From an uncultured Gammaproteobacteria bacterium (GTDB lineage Bacteria > Patescibacteriota > Microgenomatia > JAMCZE01), in the NCBI GenBank assembly GCA_964641255.1, contig CAZXMM010000001.1, forward strand, positions 873,890-937,889: a stretch of DNA of 64,000 nucleotides, given 5' to 3'. Below are positions 20,271 to 29,955 of this stretch, one piece after another; position 1 is the first letter of the stretch, and each line of letters opens with the position of its first letter. Under the pieces are notes generated by a model. The model saw nothing but the letters and a program-made list of their open reading frames with translations. It ran no database searches and was not told the DNA's origin. Both the position numbers and the translations under genes were made by a program.

Positions 20271-20855
20271 ATGGTTGGCAGTTATCATGTCATTGATCTT
20301 AGGGAATCAACCCAGTTCACTTTCAATACCCTGCCCCATTTAGGACTCGGCTGGCTGGCTAAATACTACCGAATCATTAACGCTACTTGCCAGCATTTTG
20401 AGGGCATTTTTTGCTCTATGCTGGGAGACGGCACTGGGGTAATGTACCAGCACAAGGATCACGCTTCGGCGGCTGTCTTGTCTTGTGCTACGATCCTTGA
20501 GTCCTTGAAAAAAATCAATTTTCCTCTCCGCGGCAACGCCGGAGTCGATAGTGGCACTGTGGACTTACATTACTTGCAAACAAACCACACCACCTTCCTT
20601 TGCCCCTACGGAGCCACTATCATCACCGCTTTTCGCACTGAGGGTATCGCGCCGTCTCTTGGTCATGAAGTCTTAATTACCGATGCTACTTATCAGCAAC
20701 TCCCCCAGTGTCTAACGACACCTTTTTGTTTTGCTGGAGCTCAGGAATTAAAGGGAATTAAGACTAAAATCAAAATGTGGGGGAGCCCCGCGTGTGATAT
20801 CCTAAAGCAAGCAGAAACCAAGCTACCATTAGCCAACTCAGTTTTGTTTGAATGA
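20271..20855 (+). CDS. Stand-alone class III nucleotidyl cyclase-like protein
   Basis: IDLRESTQ, LGDG, AGVDSG, YG....AFR.E, VLITDATY, ELKG. Confidence 0.7.
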   Translation: MVGSYHVIDLRESTQFTFNTLPHLGLGWLAKYYRIINATCQHFEGIFCSMLGDGTGVMYQHKDHASAAVLSCATILESLKKINFPLRGNAGVDSGTVDLHYLQTNHTTFLCPYGATIITAFRTEGIAPSLGHEVLITDATYQQLPQCLTTPFCFAGAQELKGIKTKIKMWGSPACDILKQAETKLPLANSVLFE

Positions 20856-21700
20856 AAAAACTACGTGTCGTTTTTTTTGGTACCTCTTCCTACTCTCTGC
20901 CGGTGGTCGCGGCACTGGCACAGCACTGTGAATTACTCTTAATCGTTACCCGGCCTGACAAACCGGAGGGAAGAAAAGCGATTATGACTGCTTCAGCGAC
21001 CAAAAGATGGGCTATTGAACACAATATTGACACATTAACTCCGGAGACTCTTAAGAAAGAGACTCCACCCAGAAGAAAGCTCGAGGACAAGTTAAAAAAA
21101 CTGAAAGTTGATTTAGCCATTGTAGCCGACTACGGCTTGATTATTCCCGAAGGGATTTTTTCCTTGCCGCGACTGGGAACAATCAATATTCACTTTTCGA
21201 GACTACCAACTTGGCGTGGTCCCTCCCCGGTACAGTTTACTCTACTCTCAGGAGAAACTGACGCCTGGATAACTATTTTTAAGCTGGATAACCATGCCGA
21301 TATTCCTATCAAGATGGACTCCGGACCAATTATCTGGCAAAAAAGTTACCCAATTCTGCCAGACGATACTACTGGTCAGCTCTATACTAGATTGTTTGAA
21401 CACATAGCCGCTGAGTTGCCAACTATCTTGAGTACGCCGTTTTCTTTAACTCCCCAAGACCACACCAAGGCAACCTATTGCCGCTTTCTTACTCGAGAGG
21501 ACGGATTTGTCCCTTACGACCAAATTGCAAAGAGCGAAAACTATAATCGCTTTCGGGCTATGACACCCTGGCCAGGACTATGGACTCTGACCCCCGAAGG
21601 CAAACGCCTAAAGATTCTTGGCTGTCACTCACAGGGTGAAAAACTTATTCTGGACGAAATCCAGTACGAAGGAAAAAAACCTCAACGCCCCAAAGTCTGA
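20852..21700 (+). CDS. fmt: Methionyl-tRNA formyltransferase
   Basis: VFFGTS, TRPDKPEGR, VADYG, INIHFSRLP.WRGPSP, MDSG. Confidence 0.95.
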   Translation: MKKLRVVFFGTSSYSLPVVAALAQHCELLLIVTRPDKPEGRKAIMTASATKRWAIEHNIDTLTPETLKKETPPRRKLEDKLKKLKVDLAIVADYGLIIPEGIFSLPRLGTINIHFSRLPTWRGPSPVQFTLLSGETDAWITIFKLDNHADIPIKMDSGPIIWQKSYPILPDDTTGQLYTRLFEHIAAELPTILSTPFSLTPQDHTKATYCRFLTREDGFVPYDQIAKSENYNRFRAMTPWPGLWTLTPEGKRLKILGCHSQGEKLILDEIQYEGKKPQRPKV

Positions 21701-21879
21701 GCTAGAGCTATCCCCCCAGCGCAGCAAAGCCCACACATCACTGTCGCACTGGTAACTATCAACCACCCCATAACAACTGTTGCTCGGGGCACATTGACAG
21801 AATATGGGTCATCCTTATCAGCTAGCCAAAAATTCCGAAAGGCATTCCTAAAAAATGTTACCGAGGATTTCTCTAACAT
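21682..21879 (-). CDS. Small putative membrane protein
   Basis: ATG overlaps rpmB stop (TAATG); 65 aa with a hydrophobic C-terminal segment. Confidence 0.4.
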   Translation of the reverse strand: MLEKSSVTFFRNAFRNFWLADKDDPYSVNVPRATVVMGWLIVTSATVMCGLCCAGGIALAQTLGR

Positions 21880-22127
21880 TAAACGGAAGCGGTGGCAGTG
21901 ACCGGCTTTTTTAACAATAATTCCCGGGGCACCTTGTACTGAGCGAGGCACGATGCACAAGCTCGGACACTTTTGACTACTCCGTGAACCAAAATCTTTC
22001 CCTTATGTAAATTGGGGAGAAAAATTTTGGGGTTTTTAGACGCCCGCTTTTCCCATTGGCCGGTGTGTGAATGGCGGATCAAATGACCATACTGGACACC
22101 TTTTCCGCAAACCTGGCATACTGTCAT
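21879..22127 (-). CDS. rpmB: 50S ribosomal protein L28
   Basis: MTVCQVCGK..YGH.I.HSH, FLPNLH, CASCL. Confidence 0.9.
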   Translation of the reverse strand: MTVCQVCGKGVQYGHLIRHSHTGQWEKRASKNPKIFLPNLHKGKILVHGVVKSVRACASCLAQYKVPRELLLKKPVTATASV

Positions 22128-22145
22128 ATGTGGTAGAATCTTACC

Positions 22146-22799
22146 ATGCTCGATCCGCTTCTGGCAACACTCATTGTCCAAGTGGCCTCATTTGCCATTT
22201 TAGTCTATTCAGTAATCCTTCATGAAATTGCCCACGGGTTTATCGCTGACAAGCTGGGTGACCCCACCGCCAGACTGGCCGGGCGCCTGACTCTAAATCC
22301 CAGATCCCATGTCGACCCCTGGATGACTATTCTTTTACCCCTGGTGCTGTTTTTAACTAACACTGGCGTTATCTTTGGAGCTGCCAAACCCGTTCCCATT
22401 GACCCTTTTAATTTCCGCTATCCCAAGAAAGACACCGCCCTTACGGCCCTAGGCGGCCCAGTGACGAACCTGTTACTGGCGATAGTTTTTGCAGTTTTCT
22501 TGCGTTTCGTTACTATGCTACTACCCAGTGGTGACTACGTGACCCTGGTGCAAGATATTTTCCTTCAAGCCATAGTTCTCAACGTTGGCTTGGCAGTATT
22601 TAATTTGATCCCCGTCCCCCCCCTTGACGGCTTCAAAGTCTTAGCCGGAATATTAACCGATGACATCGCCGAACAAATGTACCGTCTAGAACGGTTTGGA
22701 TTCATGATCATTTTTGCGCTGCTTTTGTTATTTCCCAACGTCATCTTTGGCATCACTTCCCCTATAGTTAGAACATTAATTAGTCTATTACTCTTTTAA
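22146..22799 (+). CDS. Site-2 protease (M50 family)
   Basis: HEIAH, GDPT, GPVTNL, FNLIPVPPLDG. Confidence 0.95.
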   Translation: MLDPLLATLIVQVASFAILVYSVILHEIAHGFIADKLGDPTARLAGRLTLNPRSHVDPWMTILLPLVLFLTNTGVIFGAAKPVPIDPFNFRYPKKDTALTALGGPVTNLLLAIVFAVFLRFVTMLLPSGDYVTLVQDIFLQAIVLNVGLAVFNLIPVPPLDGFKVLAGILTDDIAEQMYRLERFGFMIIFALLLLFPNVIFGITSPIVRTLISLLLF

Positions 22800-22837
22800 A
22801 ACTCCCCCCTTGTGTTTTGGGTGTACAATATATGTAG

Positions 22838-22986
22838 GTTCCCTGAAGGATGAGATGGAGTAAAGGATGTTCCTCATCAACGTTTTGTCGGAAGGGAGTC
22901 CCCGATTATCGGGGAAAGACACTGGCTCAGACCATGCGTTCGCGCTAAAGTTTGACACAGTCTCACCCATTTTCTTTCGAGGAAAC
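22838..22986 (+). ncRNA. Putative structured ncRNA (6S-like long hairpin candidate)
   Basis: 5' GTTCCCTGAAGGATGAGATGG can pair imperfectly with 3' CCATTTTCTTTCGAGGAAAC; internal TCCCCGAT-T-ATCGGGGA hairpin; TACAAT at 22824-22829. Confidence 0.35.
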
Positions 22987-23080
22987 AACTTTACTACTGT
23001 CTATCCACCCAGGGGACTTTTGCTACCCAAAACCCTTCCCTTCCTTTTTCCTCCCCGTACTCAGTATAATTACCCAACGA

Positions 23081-23155
23081 GCCGCCTTAGCTCAGTGGTA
23101 GAGCACCTGTTTTGTAAACAGGTGGTCCTCGGTCCAATCCCGAGAGGCGGCTCCA
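23081..23155 (+). tRNA. tRNA-Thr(TGT)
   Basis: Cloverleaf GCCGCCT/AGGCGGC, anticodon arm CCTGT-TTTGTAA-ACAGG, encoded CCA; T-loop TCCAAT variant. Confidence 0.95.
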
Positions 23156-23189
23156 GTAAGGAAGTGTCCTAGCTTATAAATAAAAACTC

Positions 23190-23810
23190 ATGCTAGAAAT
23201 CTATCTCGCTCGCCACGGCCAAGACCTTGATAATGCCGTGGGTATTTTAAATGGACAGAGAGATCAACCGCTCAGCAAAATCGGTCTTGTCCAGGCTCAA
23301 AGTCTGGCTGATGAAATTGCACGGCTTAACTTACCACTGGATCAGATTTACACCTCTCCCCTGAAAAGAGCTTATAGGACGGCTCAAATTGTGGCTACCA
23401 CCCTAAAAATGCCCGAGCCGACCATTATTGAGAACTTAAAAGAGCGAACATTTGGCATACACGATGGGATGTTACAAAAGGACATTCCCACAGTATTTGG
23501 AGACAATCTTATTAAAACAGAGCACACCAATTATATTTTAGAACCCAAAGGCGGTGAGACGTTTCCTACTCTGATAGAAAGGGCCAGAAAGGTCCTCGGC
23601 GAGATATGGAAGCGGCATCCCAAAGGAAAGGTGTTAGTAGTAGCCCACGGCGATATTGGTAAGATGATGTACGCTAGCTATTACAATTTGGACTGGCAGG
23701 AGGTACTGACCCTGTTTCATTTTGGCAACTCTGATCTAGTCCTTCTTTCAAAAAACACTGATCCCAAAAATGCTCACGTCTTTCGGGCTAAACAAGTCAA
23801 TCACAACTAA
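23190..23810 (+). CDS. Histidine phosphatase family protein
   Basis: ARHGQ, SPLKRA, VVAHG. Confidence 0.92.
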   Translation: MLEIYLARHGQDLDNAVGILNGQRDQPLSKIGLVQAQSLADEIARLNLPLDQIYTSPLKRAYRTAQIVATTLKMPEPTIIENLKERTFGIHDGMLQKDIPTVFGDNLIKTEHTNYILEPKGGETFPTLIERARKVLGEIWKRHPKGKVLVVAHGDIGKMMYASYYNLDWQEVLTLFHFGNSDLVLLSKNTDPKNAHVFRAKQVNHN

Positions 23811-23813
23811 AGT

Positions 23814-24644
23814 ATGACTCACACTTTCGACTCTTGGACACAACGCTTAATGGACACTGGCCCAGTCATTGATGGGTGGCAAAGAAAGCAAGTAGGCCCC
23901 AAGAACGACGGCCCTTACCGCACCGGTTACCAAAATCTCCCGATTCACGAAACTAACGAACCACTGGTTCCTTTGGGCTATTATGGTGTCTCTTTTGCCG
24001 AATACTACCTTGATAAGGTTTATGACTATTTGTTGGATGGAAACAATGTTTTTCTTCCCTTAGTGGAACAGAGGATTATTTGGCCCTTTGTGTGGGTACG
24101 CCAGTCAATCGCGACCAAGCTAGTAAGGGCAGACGCTCTCCTGCGATCTCATGGTCTTTTTCTCAAGGTGGTAAGCGGCTGGAGAAGCCCGATTGTCCAG
24201 GAGTTAGCCAAAGATGAGGCTACCAAAAAATTAGGGATAGACGCTGCCAAACGCTTATTTGCTGCCACCCGGGTTAGCAAAGCACAAGTAATCAGCCCTC
24301 ACGCCACGGGGGCCGCGCTTGATATTCAGCTTTACTCTCTGGAGACATTTAAAAACCTCTCTGCCTCAGATAAAAACGATGAATTTGGATTTTACAATTT
24401 AGAAATAAAGCCGGATTTAACCAAAGAAAATGAAATGAAAAAGAAAATTCGTCGAATCTTGTATCATGTCCTATGTACACCTGATATTTGTTTTACACAA
24501 ACCGAAACTTTTACTATCCATCCTGGAGAATTTTGGCACTTTGGCTACGGCGATCCCCTGTCCTCATATTTAATGAAACAGCCATTTGCCAAATATGGGG
24601 CTACTGAACCACCAAAAAATTATCGTATCACTTCGTTTTCTTAA
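23814..24644 (+). CDS. M15 D-Ala-D-Ala dipeptidase (VanX/DdpX-like)
   Basis: SGWRSP..Q, SPHATGAALD, EFWHF. Confidence 0.85.
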   Translation: MTHTFDSWTQRLMDTGPVIDGWQRKQVGPKNDGPYRTGYQNLPIHETNEPLVPLGYYGVSFAEYYLDKVYDYLLDGNNVFLPLVEQRIIWPFVWVRQSIATKLVRADALLRSHGLFLKVVSGWRSPIVQELAKDEATKKLGIDAAKRLFAATRVSKAQVISPHATGAALDIQLYSLETFKNLSASDKNDEFGFYNLEIKPDLTKENEMKKKIRRILYHVLCTPDICFTQTETFTIHPGEFWHFGYGDPLSSYLMKQPFAKYGATEPPKNYRITSFS

Positions 24645-24685
24645 TTCTTCATTTACGGCCAAACTTCGGCTATAATTTACTGGCT

Positions 24686-24773
24686 GCTGAGGTACCAGAG
24701 TGGACAAATGGGCCAGACTGTAAATCTGGTGCTGGAAACGGCTACGAAGGTTCGAATCCTTCCCTCAGCACCA
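24686..24773 (+). tRNA. tRNA-Tyr(GTA)
   Basis: GCTGAGG/CCTCAGC acceptor, CCAGA-CTGTAAA-TCTGG anticodon arm, long variable arm, GGTTCGAATCC, CCA. Confidence 0.97.
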
Positions 24774-24774
24774 A

Positions 24775-25719
24775 ATGCAATTAGGCGCGTCTTTTAGTCA
24801 TCGGCATCTACAATCATTAGGCTATGACCCCCTAACCGCTCTTAAAGAGTTGGCTAGTTTGGGACTAAAATGGATTCGCTTAGGCTGTTACTGGGACGAA
24901 ATTGAGAAAGAGCCGGGTAAATTTACTTTCCAAGCCCTCGACCCACTCATTAAATTTTGTACCAAGGAAAAAATTAACCTGGTCTTAACAGTGGGAATCA
25001 AAGCTCCTCGCTATCCGGAATACTACCTGCCCAAATGGCTGGCTCAGCAAGTCCACTTTAGACGGCTCTCTACTATCGACGTCACAAACAAGGTTTTACT
25101 GTCTGCCACTTCTAATTTTATTAAAAACACCATTGAGCATTTTCAGGGCCACCCTACTATTAAAGTCTGGCAGGTAGAAAACGAGCCTTTAGACTGGTCG
25201 GGAGAAAAATGGTGGAAAATTACCCCCGCATTTCTAAAAAAGGAAGTTATTCTAGTCAAAAAACTTGACCCAACGAGAAAGATTCTTATCAACTTATGGG
25301 GCAACGAACTAAGCAAACGCGAGCTCTATAAAGAAGCGCTTAAACTGGCCGATATTATTGGGTTTGATTTCTATTTGCGCCACCCTATGTTTTTCTTTTT
25401 TAATTTTTTTAATCGCTATATTGGCCCACTAGATAAAGCGGCCAAAATTAAAGAAATACTTTGTGAAGTTACAGGTCTTGGTAAAGAGATTTGGATTACT
25501 GAACTGCAAGCCGAGCCCTGGGAAGTAGCCGAACTTCATACTAAAAAGGATAATCCCCCGAGTTTTTTGCCGAAACATTTTGCTGGCAATTTGGATTATG
25601 GTAAATCTCTCGACCCTTCAGTCATTTTCCTGTGGGGTTTTGAGTGGTGGTATGACCGCAAACAAAAAGGTGACCTACGTTATTGGCAAGAAGCCCAAAA
25701 AGCCATCAATTCGTTATAG
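24775..25719 (+). CDS. GH-A clan glycoside hydrolase (beta-galactosidase-like)
   Basis: WIRLGCYWDEIE, WQVENEP (acid/base), ITELQAEPW (nucleophile). Confidence 0.8.
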   Translation: MQLGASFSHRHLQSLGYDPLTALKELASLGLKWIRLGCYWDEIEKEPGKFTFQALDPLIKFCTKEKINLVLTVGIKAPRYPEYYLPKWLAQQVHFRRLSTIDVTNKVLLSATSNFIKNTIEHFQGHPTIKVWQVENEPLDWSGEKWWKITPAFLKKEVILVKKLDPTRKILINLWGNELSKRELYKEALKLADIIGFDFYLRHPMFFFFNFFNRYIGPLDKAAKIKEILCEVTGLGKEIWITELQAEPWEVAELHTKKDNPPSFLPKHFAGNLDYGKSLDPSVIFLWGFEWWYDRKQKGDLRYWQEAQKAINSL

Positions 25720-25729
25720 AAACTTCAAC

Positions 25730-26152
25730 TTAGTTAATCAGCTCGCGAGCCAGTTTCAATCCTTGCTTGACATAAAACTCATCATAAGAAAAAACGCCAT
25801 CTGCATTTAACTTTTTGGCAATTGCCACTACTGAGCAATCGACTAAGGTGTTTTTCTTGCTACCCGCTGGGTTAAAAAGACTCGCTGCTTCTCTTAAAAC
25901 TTCTGGATCAATGGTAGCTATATCAATAATGTCGTTTTTGACTAAATCAACAAGCCTCGCATTAACTACCGGAGTAGGTAAAACCCGCTGAAAAAGTGAG
26001 ACAATCTCAAAAATAACTGACGTTGGGTAAACAATTTGAAAATTAGAGGCAATCAGCTTTTGAAAAGTCTCGGTGGCTTGAACATTTAACTCATCGTTAG
26101 GATTGTAAATAGCAAATATAGCATCTGAGTCAGTAATAACAATCTTAGTCAT
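25730..26152 (-). CDS. PIN-domain (VapC-like) toxin
   Basis: ITDSDA, FE, LVDC, FSYD acidic tetrad. Confidence 0.88.
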   Translation of the reverse strand: MTKIVITDSDAIFAIYNPNDELNVQATETFQKLIASNFQIVYPTSVIFEIVSLFQRVLPTPVVNARLVDLVKNDIIDIATIDPEVLREAASLFNPAGSKKNTLVDCSVVAIAKKLNADGVFSYDEFYVKQGLKLARELIN

Positions 26153-26158
26153 ACTTTA

Positions 26159-26434
26159 CTAGGAATAGAGAATTTCGTCTGCCCGCTGGCGCAAATCAGA
26201 AGGTAATTTCTTTAACTCGTCATGGTTGTCACGAGCCAACTTAAGCATCTCTAAGGCTACGTAACTAGCTTTAGATCGCTGGAGTAGCTTTAAATCCTCG
26301 AGGCTTACAATCGCCGCCTGAGGCTCCTTATTGGTTGTCAAAATAACCACCTTTTTTGTGATTTTGACTCCATCGATAATGGATTTATAGGCTTTTTGTA
26401 GGTCTCTGGCGGGAACAAAATTACTGGTTAACAT
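26159..26434 (-). CDS. Phd/YefM-family antitoxin
   Basis: VPARDLQ..., VILTTNKEPQAAIVSLEDL; upstream of PIN gene. Confidence 0.85.
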   Translation of the reverse strand: MLTSNFVPARDLQKAYKSIIDGVKITKKVVILTTNKEPQAAIVSLEDLKLLQRSKASYVALEMLKLARDNHDELKKLPSDLRQRADEILYS

Positions 26435-26487
26435 TGGTCAATGATATCACACTTTTATTTCACATGTCAATGTCAACTATCCAAATT

Positions 26488-28398
26488 CTAGTCCGCCACC
26501 AGTGGTGAGGCTAGGGAGATATCAAACTCAAAGTCTCGCTCACTTTGGGGCTGGGTAATAATCTTTCTAAAAACCAAAAAGTACATCTTTTGAAGCTGCA
26601 GCAAGTTAGTAAGGGGGATATCCGACTTCATCCGCTCAAAAGCCCTCTGTTCGCTTAAGTTAAAGCGCCACAGATTCCCTAATGATCCGCCTTGATTTTG
26701 AGCTTGTCTTGGAATGTAAAATGTCCCATGTCCATAATTGTTACCCTGAAAACTAGGCACTCCCCCACCATTAGCTCCGAGTAAGAAATCGAGTTCGACC
26801 TCTCTATCTGCCCCCCAACTGGGGGTAACTCCACTTTGGGTTTTATAATCAGCCGCTAGCTCTGTATAAAATTGGTGCTTATCTTCAGTGCTGCCATAGT
26901 GCCGCAGCAAATCATAATAGCTGGCCAGTAGCCGGCTGGTAATTAGTCCGGCATAAGCTACTTCCCGCCTCTCTTCCCTGCCTATAGCGGTGACACTGGG
27001 ATCGCTAGCCCGACTCAGGGTCTGAGTAGCAAACTGGTAAGCCAGTCTCCAGCCGTCATAGCCATCGGGTGACAAACGAGAGAGATACACATGATCTACT
27101 CTCTTATTCACTGTCGGAGGGTTAAGCAGTAAAAACTGCTCCACATTAAAGAAGCTGACAAAGAGAATAAATACGCCAATGAGGGAAACTTCTATAGTTA
27201 CCCACTTAATCCCTCCAACGCTACTCCACAGCCGTCTCGCTAATAGAGTTGTCCCTAAGAGAAGCACCAGGATGAGAAAGATACCGCCATACACTCGGAC
27301 GATACTGAGTCCGTGGTAGTCTTGATACAAAAGAACCCGGCGCAAAATTGAAAAGACAAAAAGAATAAACTCGGCAAACACCACTGCGTGGGCAACGCTA
27401 AGAAGTCTACTCTTCCCGCCGGCACTGCGAAGTGCCACAAGTCCGACACAAAGTAGGCCATATAACAGGCCGGCAGCGAGGACAAACTCCCCAAACCCTT
27501 TGCGCACATATTCCGAGTAGGTCGAGACACCAATTTCTGATAAATGTAGCTCTGTGGGCACACTCACAAACAGATAGGGCCAAGACAGGATGAGATAGGT
27601 GGCAAAAAGTAGTGCAACTAGAACCGTGACTACTCCCACTTCTGACCCAAAGGAAAACGACAATACTTTTTTTTCGGTTTCCTCAGGTGAAAACTTAGGA
27701 GCAGCGGCATAGGCAAGAGGCAAGGAAAGAGCAAAGACTACAAAGCTAAAGATGAGACGAAATGATTCCTTGGAGAAGTTCTCCGGTAAATTGACATGGG
27801 TGACAAAGCTCTTAAATACGGGATCGGCTGATAATAATGGAATAAAGACAGATACCACAATAATCCCTACTATCCCGCCAATTACTAAGGATTTAATCCG
27901 AAGCAGCGAAACGGTTTCTCTTTTAACGGGAATCAGCTCACCAATTTTGCCATTTAAGCTGCGGGACACAACAAAGAGGAGTCCTAAGGTATACGCACCC
28001 AGCGCCAAAAGCGGCGTGGCGATCATAGCTACAATTGAGTGCCATACCTTCTTAGTAGCTAAGCTATAAAAGAAAAAGAAAAGAAGCAGACTGAAACCGC
28101 CAAGAAATGCGAGCACCTGAGCAAGCGGGAAAGTTCTTAAGACAATGGCAGTGCCAAGTAACAGTAGCCCACAAACAAAAACAACCACAGCTTTTTTAAC
28201 AAACAACCTGACATTTTCCAGTCGTAAGAGAAGGAGAAAAACAAAGGAGCCAAGTAAAAAAAGGGCTGCTGCTAAACTTCCTAGCTGCTGAAAGAGAAAA
28301 AGATTAAGAAAAAGAGTAAAGCCAAAAAGAGCGCCAACTCGGCGAAGTATTATTTTAGCGGAGGGCAGCAAATGTGTGCCTTCGTCTAGATTCTGCAT
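26488..28398 (-). CDS. DUF4153/DUF4173-type multi-pass membrane protein
   Basis: LLSADPVF, YSEYVRKGFGE, YLSRLSPDG; many TM helices. Confidence 0.7.
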   Translation of the reverse strand: MQNLDEGTHLLPSAKIILRRVGALFGFTLFLNLFLFQQLGSLAAALFLLGSFVFLLLLRLENVRLFVKKAVVVFVCGLLLLGTAIVLRTFPLAQVLAFLGGFSLLLFFFFYSLATKKVWHSIVAMIATPLLALGAYTLGLLFVVSRSLNGKIGELIPVKRETVSLLRIKSLVIGGIVGIIVVSVFIPLLSADPVFKSFVTHVNLPENFSKESFRLIFSFVVFALSLPLAYAAAPKFSPEETEKKVLSFSFGSEVGVVTVLVALLFATYLILSWPYLFVSVPTELHLSEIGVSTYSEYVRKGFGEFVLAAGLLYGLLCVGLVALRSAGGKSRLLSVAHAVVFAEFILFVFSILRRVLLYQDYHGLSIVRVYGGIFLILVLLLGTTLLARRLWSSVGGIKWVTIEVSLIGVFILFVSFFNVEQFLLLNPPTVNKRVDHVYLSRLSPDGYDGWRLAYQFATQTLSRASDPSVTAIGREERREVAYAGLITSRLLASYYDLLRHYGSTEDKHQFYTELAADYKTQSGVTPSWGADREVELDFLLGANGGGVPSFQGNNYGHGTFYIPRQAQNQGGSLGNLWRFNLSEQRAFERMKSDIPLTNLLQLQKMYFLVFRKIITQPQSERDFEFDISLASPLVAD

Positions 28399-28461
28399 TA
28401 CGTCCAATAATTGTAGCAGATCAATGCAAGTTTTGACCACTTTCAATGATACTATTGTAAA

Positions 28462-29955
28462 GTGAGAAACAAATTACCTTTTTTCATTCTAGCCTCTATT
28501 GGACTAGTCCTCTATTTGCCCTCCCTGTTTGGCCCCTTCCTCTGGGATGACGAAGATTTTGTTTATGCCAATCAGTACGTAAAAGAGTTTAGGATTGATA
28601 AATTTTTTACCGACTCGCAAACCGCTGGCAGGGGCAAATTGAGTAATTATTATCGCCCTTTACCGCAGATTGTCTACGCGACTACTCACTCACTATTTGG
28701 TCCTAAGCCGCCATTTTTCCACGCCGTTAACATTCTTGTCCATATTGGCGCAGCTAGCGCCATCTTTATTTTTTTGCGCTTAATGCTAACCGGTAAAGCT
28801 CCACCGGGAATTTCCCTACTAGTAGCACTGATTTTTTTAATCCACCCGGTCCAAACCGAGGCCGTTTCCTATATTTCTGGGCTATCTGATCCCTTGTACG
28901 TACTTTTTGGCACCCTAGCTCTGATCACTTTTTCTTTGCGAAATAAAAGACACAATATGCTCATCCTTAGTTTGGGTTTTTTTGTTTTGTCTCTACTTTC
29001 CAAAGAAACCGCTTTAGTATTTCTGCCATTAACCCTACTTTTAGAATGGACTATTAGCCATAAGATCCGGCACAGTCTTTATTTCGCCTTGCCGGCCGGA
29101 CTGTACCTCCTTTACCACTTCACCGCTATTAATAACTTGGATATTGCCGCCGCCTGGGGGCAGACTGCCTACACCCAATCGGTTACTACCCGCTTTTTAA
29201 CTTTTATCAGTAACTGGTATAGCTATCTTTTGCTCCTCGTCTTTCCTTGGCACCTATTTATGGAGCGAGACTACAGTGTCGCTATCCAAACTAACTGGTT
29301 GTCTATCCAGAGCCTGGGGTTTCTCCTCATAAACGGCGCTTTAATTTACTGGCTTAGCAGCAAGCGGGACGCACAATTATGGTTTTGTTATCTAGCTTTT
29401 TATATAAGTTTTATTCCTTATACTGGCATAGTTCTTATTAACGGTCTGTTCTACGAGCACTTTTTGTACTTGCCCCTAGTCTTTTTCTTTGCGTTTTGGC
29501 TACTAGTATTCAAAGACCATCTCCGACCAGTATTACCGTTACTGGCGGTGGGGCTATTCCTTCTGGCCACCCGCAACATCATTAGACAATTCGACTGGAA
29601 TGATGAAGTGAGGTTTTACACTCAGACACTCCACTACGCTCCAAAAAGCATTCGCATTCGCAACGGCCTGGGCATGGCCTATGCCAAGTGGGGAAACTAC
29701 GAAAAAAGCCTGCAAATCTACGCCGAGGCAATAAAACTCTCCCCCCAAACCCCTAATCTTTACCATAATAGTGCCAATGTCTACTTGGCCACGGGAGAGG
29801 TAGATAAAGCTGAGGAATTTTTCCGCCGAGCTCTAACTGTTGACCCCAATTTCTTCTTTTCCTGGCAAGCCCTAGCCTCACTCTACGAACAAACTGGGCA
29901 AAAAGAAAAACTTGATCTTCTACTTCGGGAGTACCAGAAGGGGCCACTCAATTAG
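28462..29955 (+). CDS. TMTC-like GT-C glycosyltransferase with C-terminal TPRs
   Basis: FLWDD, YYRPL, HPVQTEAVSYISG, SKE, EHFLYLP, TPRs; GTG start. Confidence 0.85.
   Translation: MRNKLPFFILASIGLVLYLPSLFGPFLWDDEDFVYANQYVKEFRIDKFFTDSQTAGRGKLSNYYRPLPQIVYATTHSLFGPKPPFFHAVNILVHIGAASAIFIFLRLMLTGKAPPGISLLVALIFLIHPVQTEAVSYISGLSDPLYVLFGTLALITFSLRNKRHNMLILSLGFFVLSLLSKETALVFLPLTLLLEWTISHKIRHSLYFALPAGLYLLYHFTAINNLDIAAAWGQTAYTQSVTTRFLTFISNWYSYLLLLVFPWHLFMERDYSVAIQTNWLSIQSLGFLLINGALIYWLSSKRDAQLWFCYLAFYISFIPYTGIVLINGLFYEHFLYLPLVFFFAFWLLVFKDHLRPVLPLLAVGLFLLATRNIIRQFDWNDEVRFYTQTLHYAPKSIRIRNGLGMAYAKWGNYEKSLQIYAEAIKLSPQTPNLYHNSANVYLATGEVDKAEEFFRRALTVDPNFFFSWQALASLYEQTGQKEKLDLLLREYQKGPLN

Noticed and set aside
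22867-23172. 101-aa ORF
   Set aside because: It runs across tRNA-Thr and a structured intergenic region and has no protein motif.
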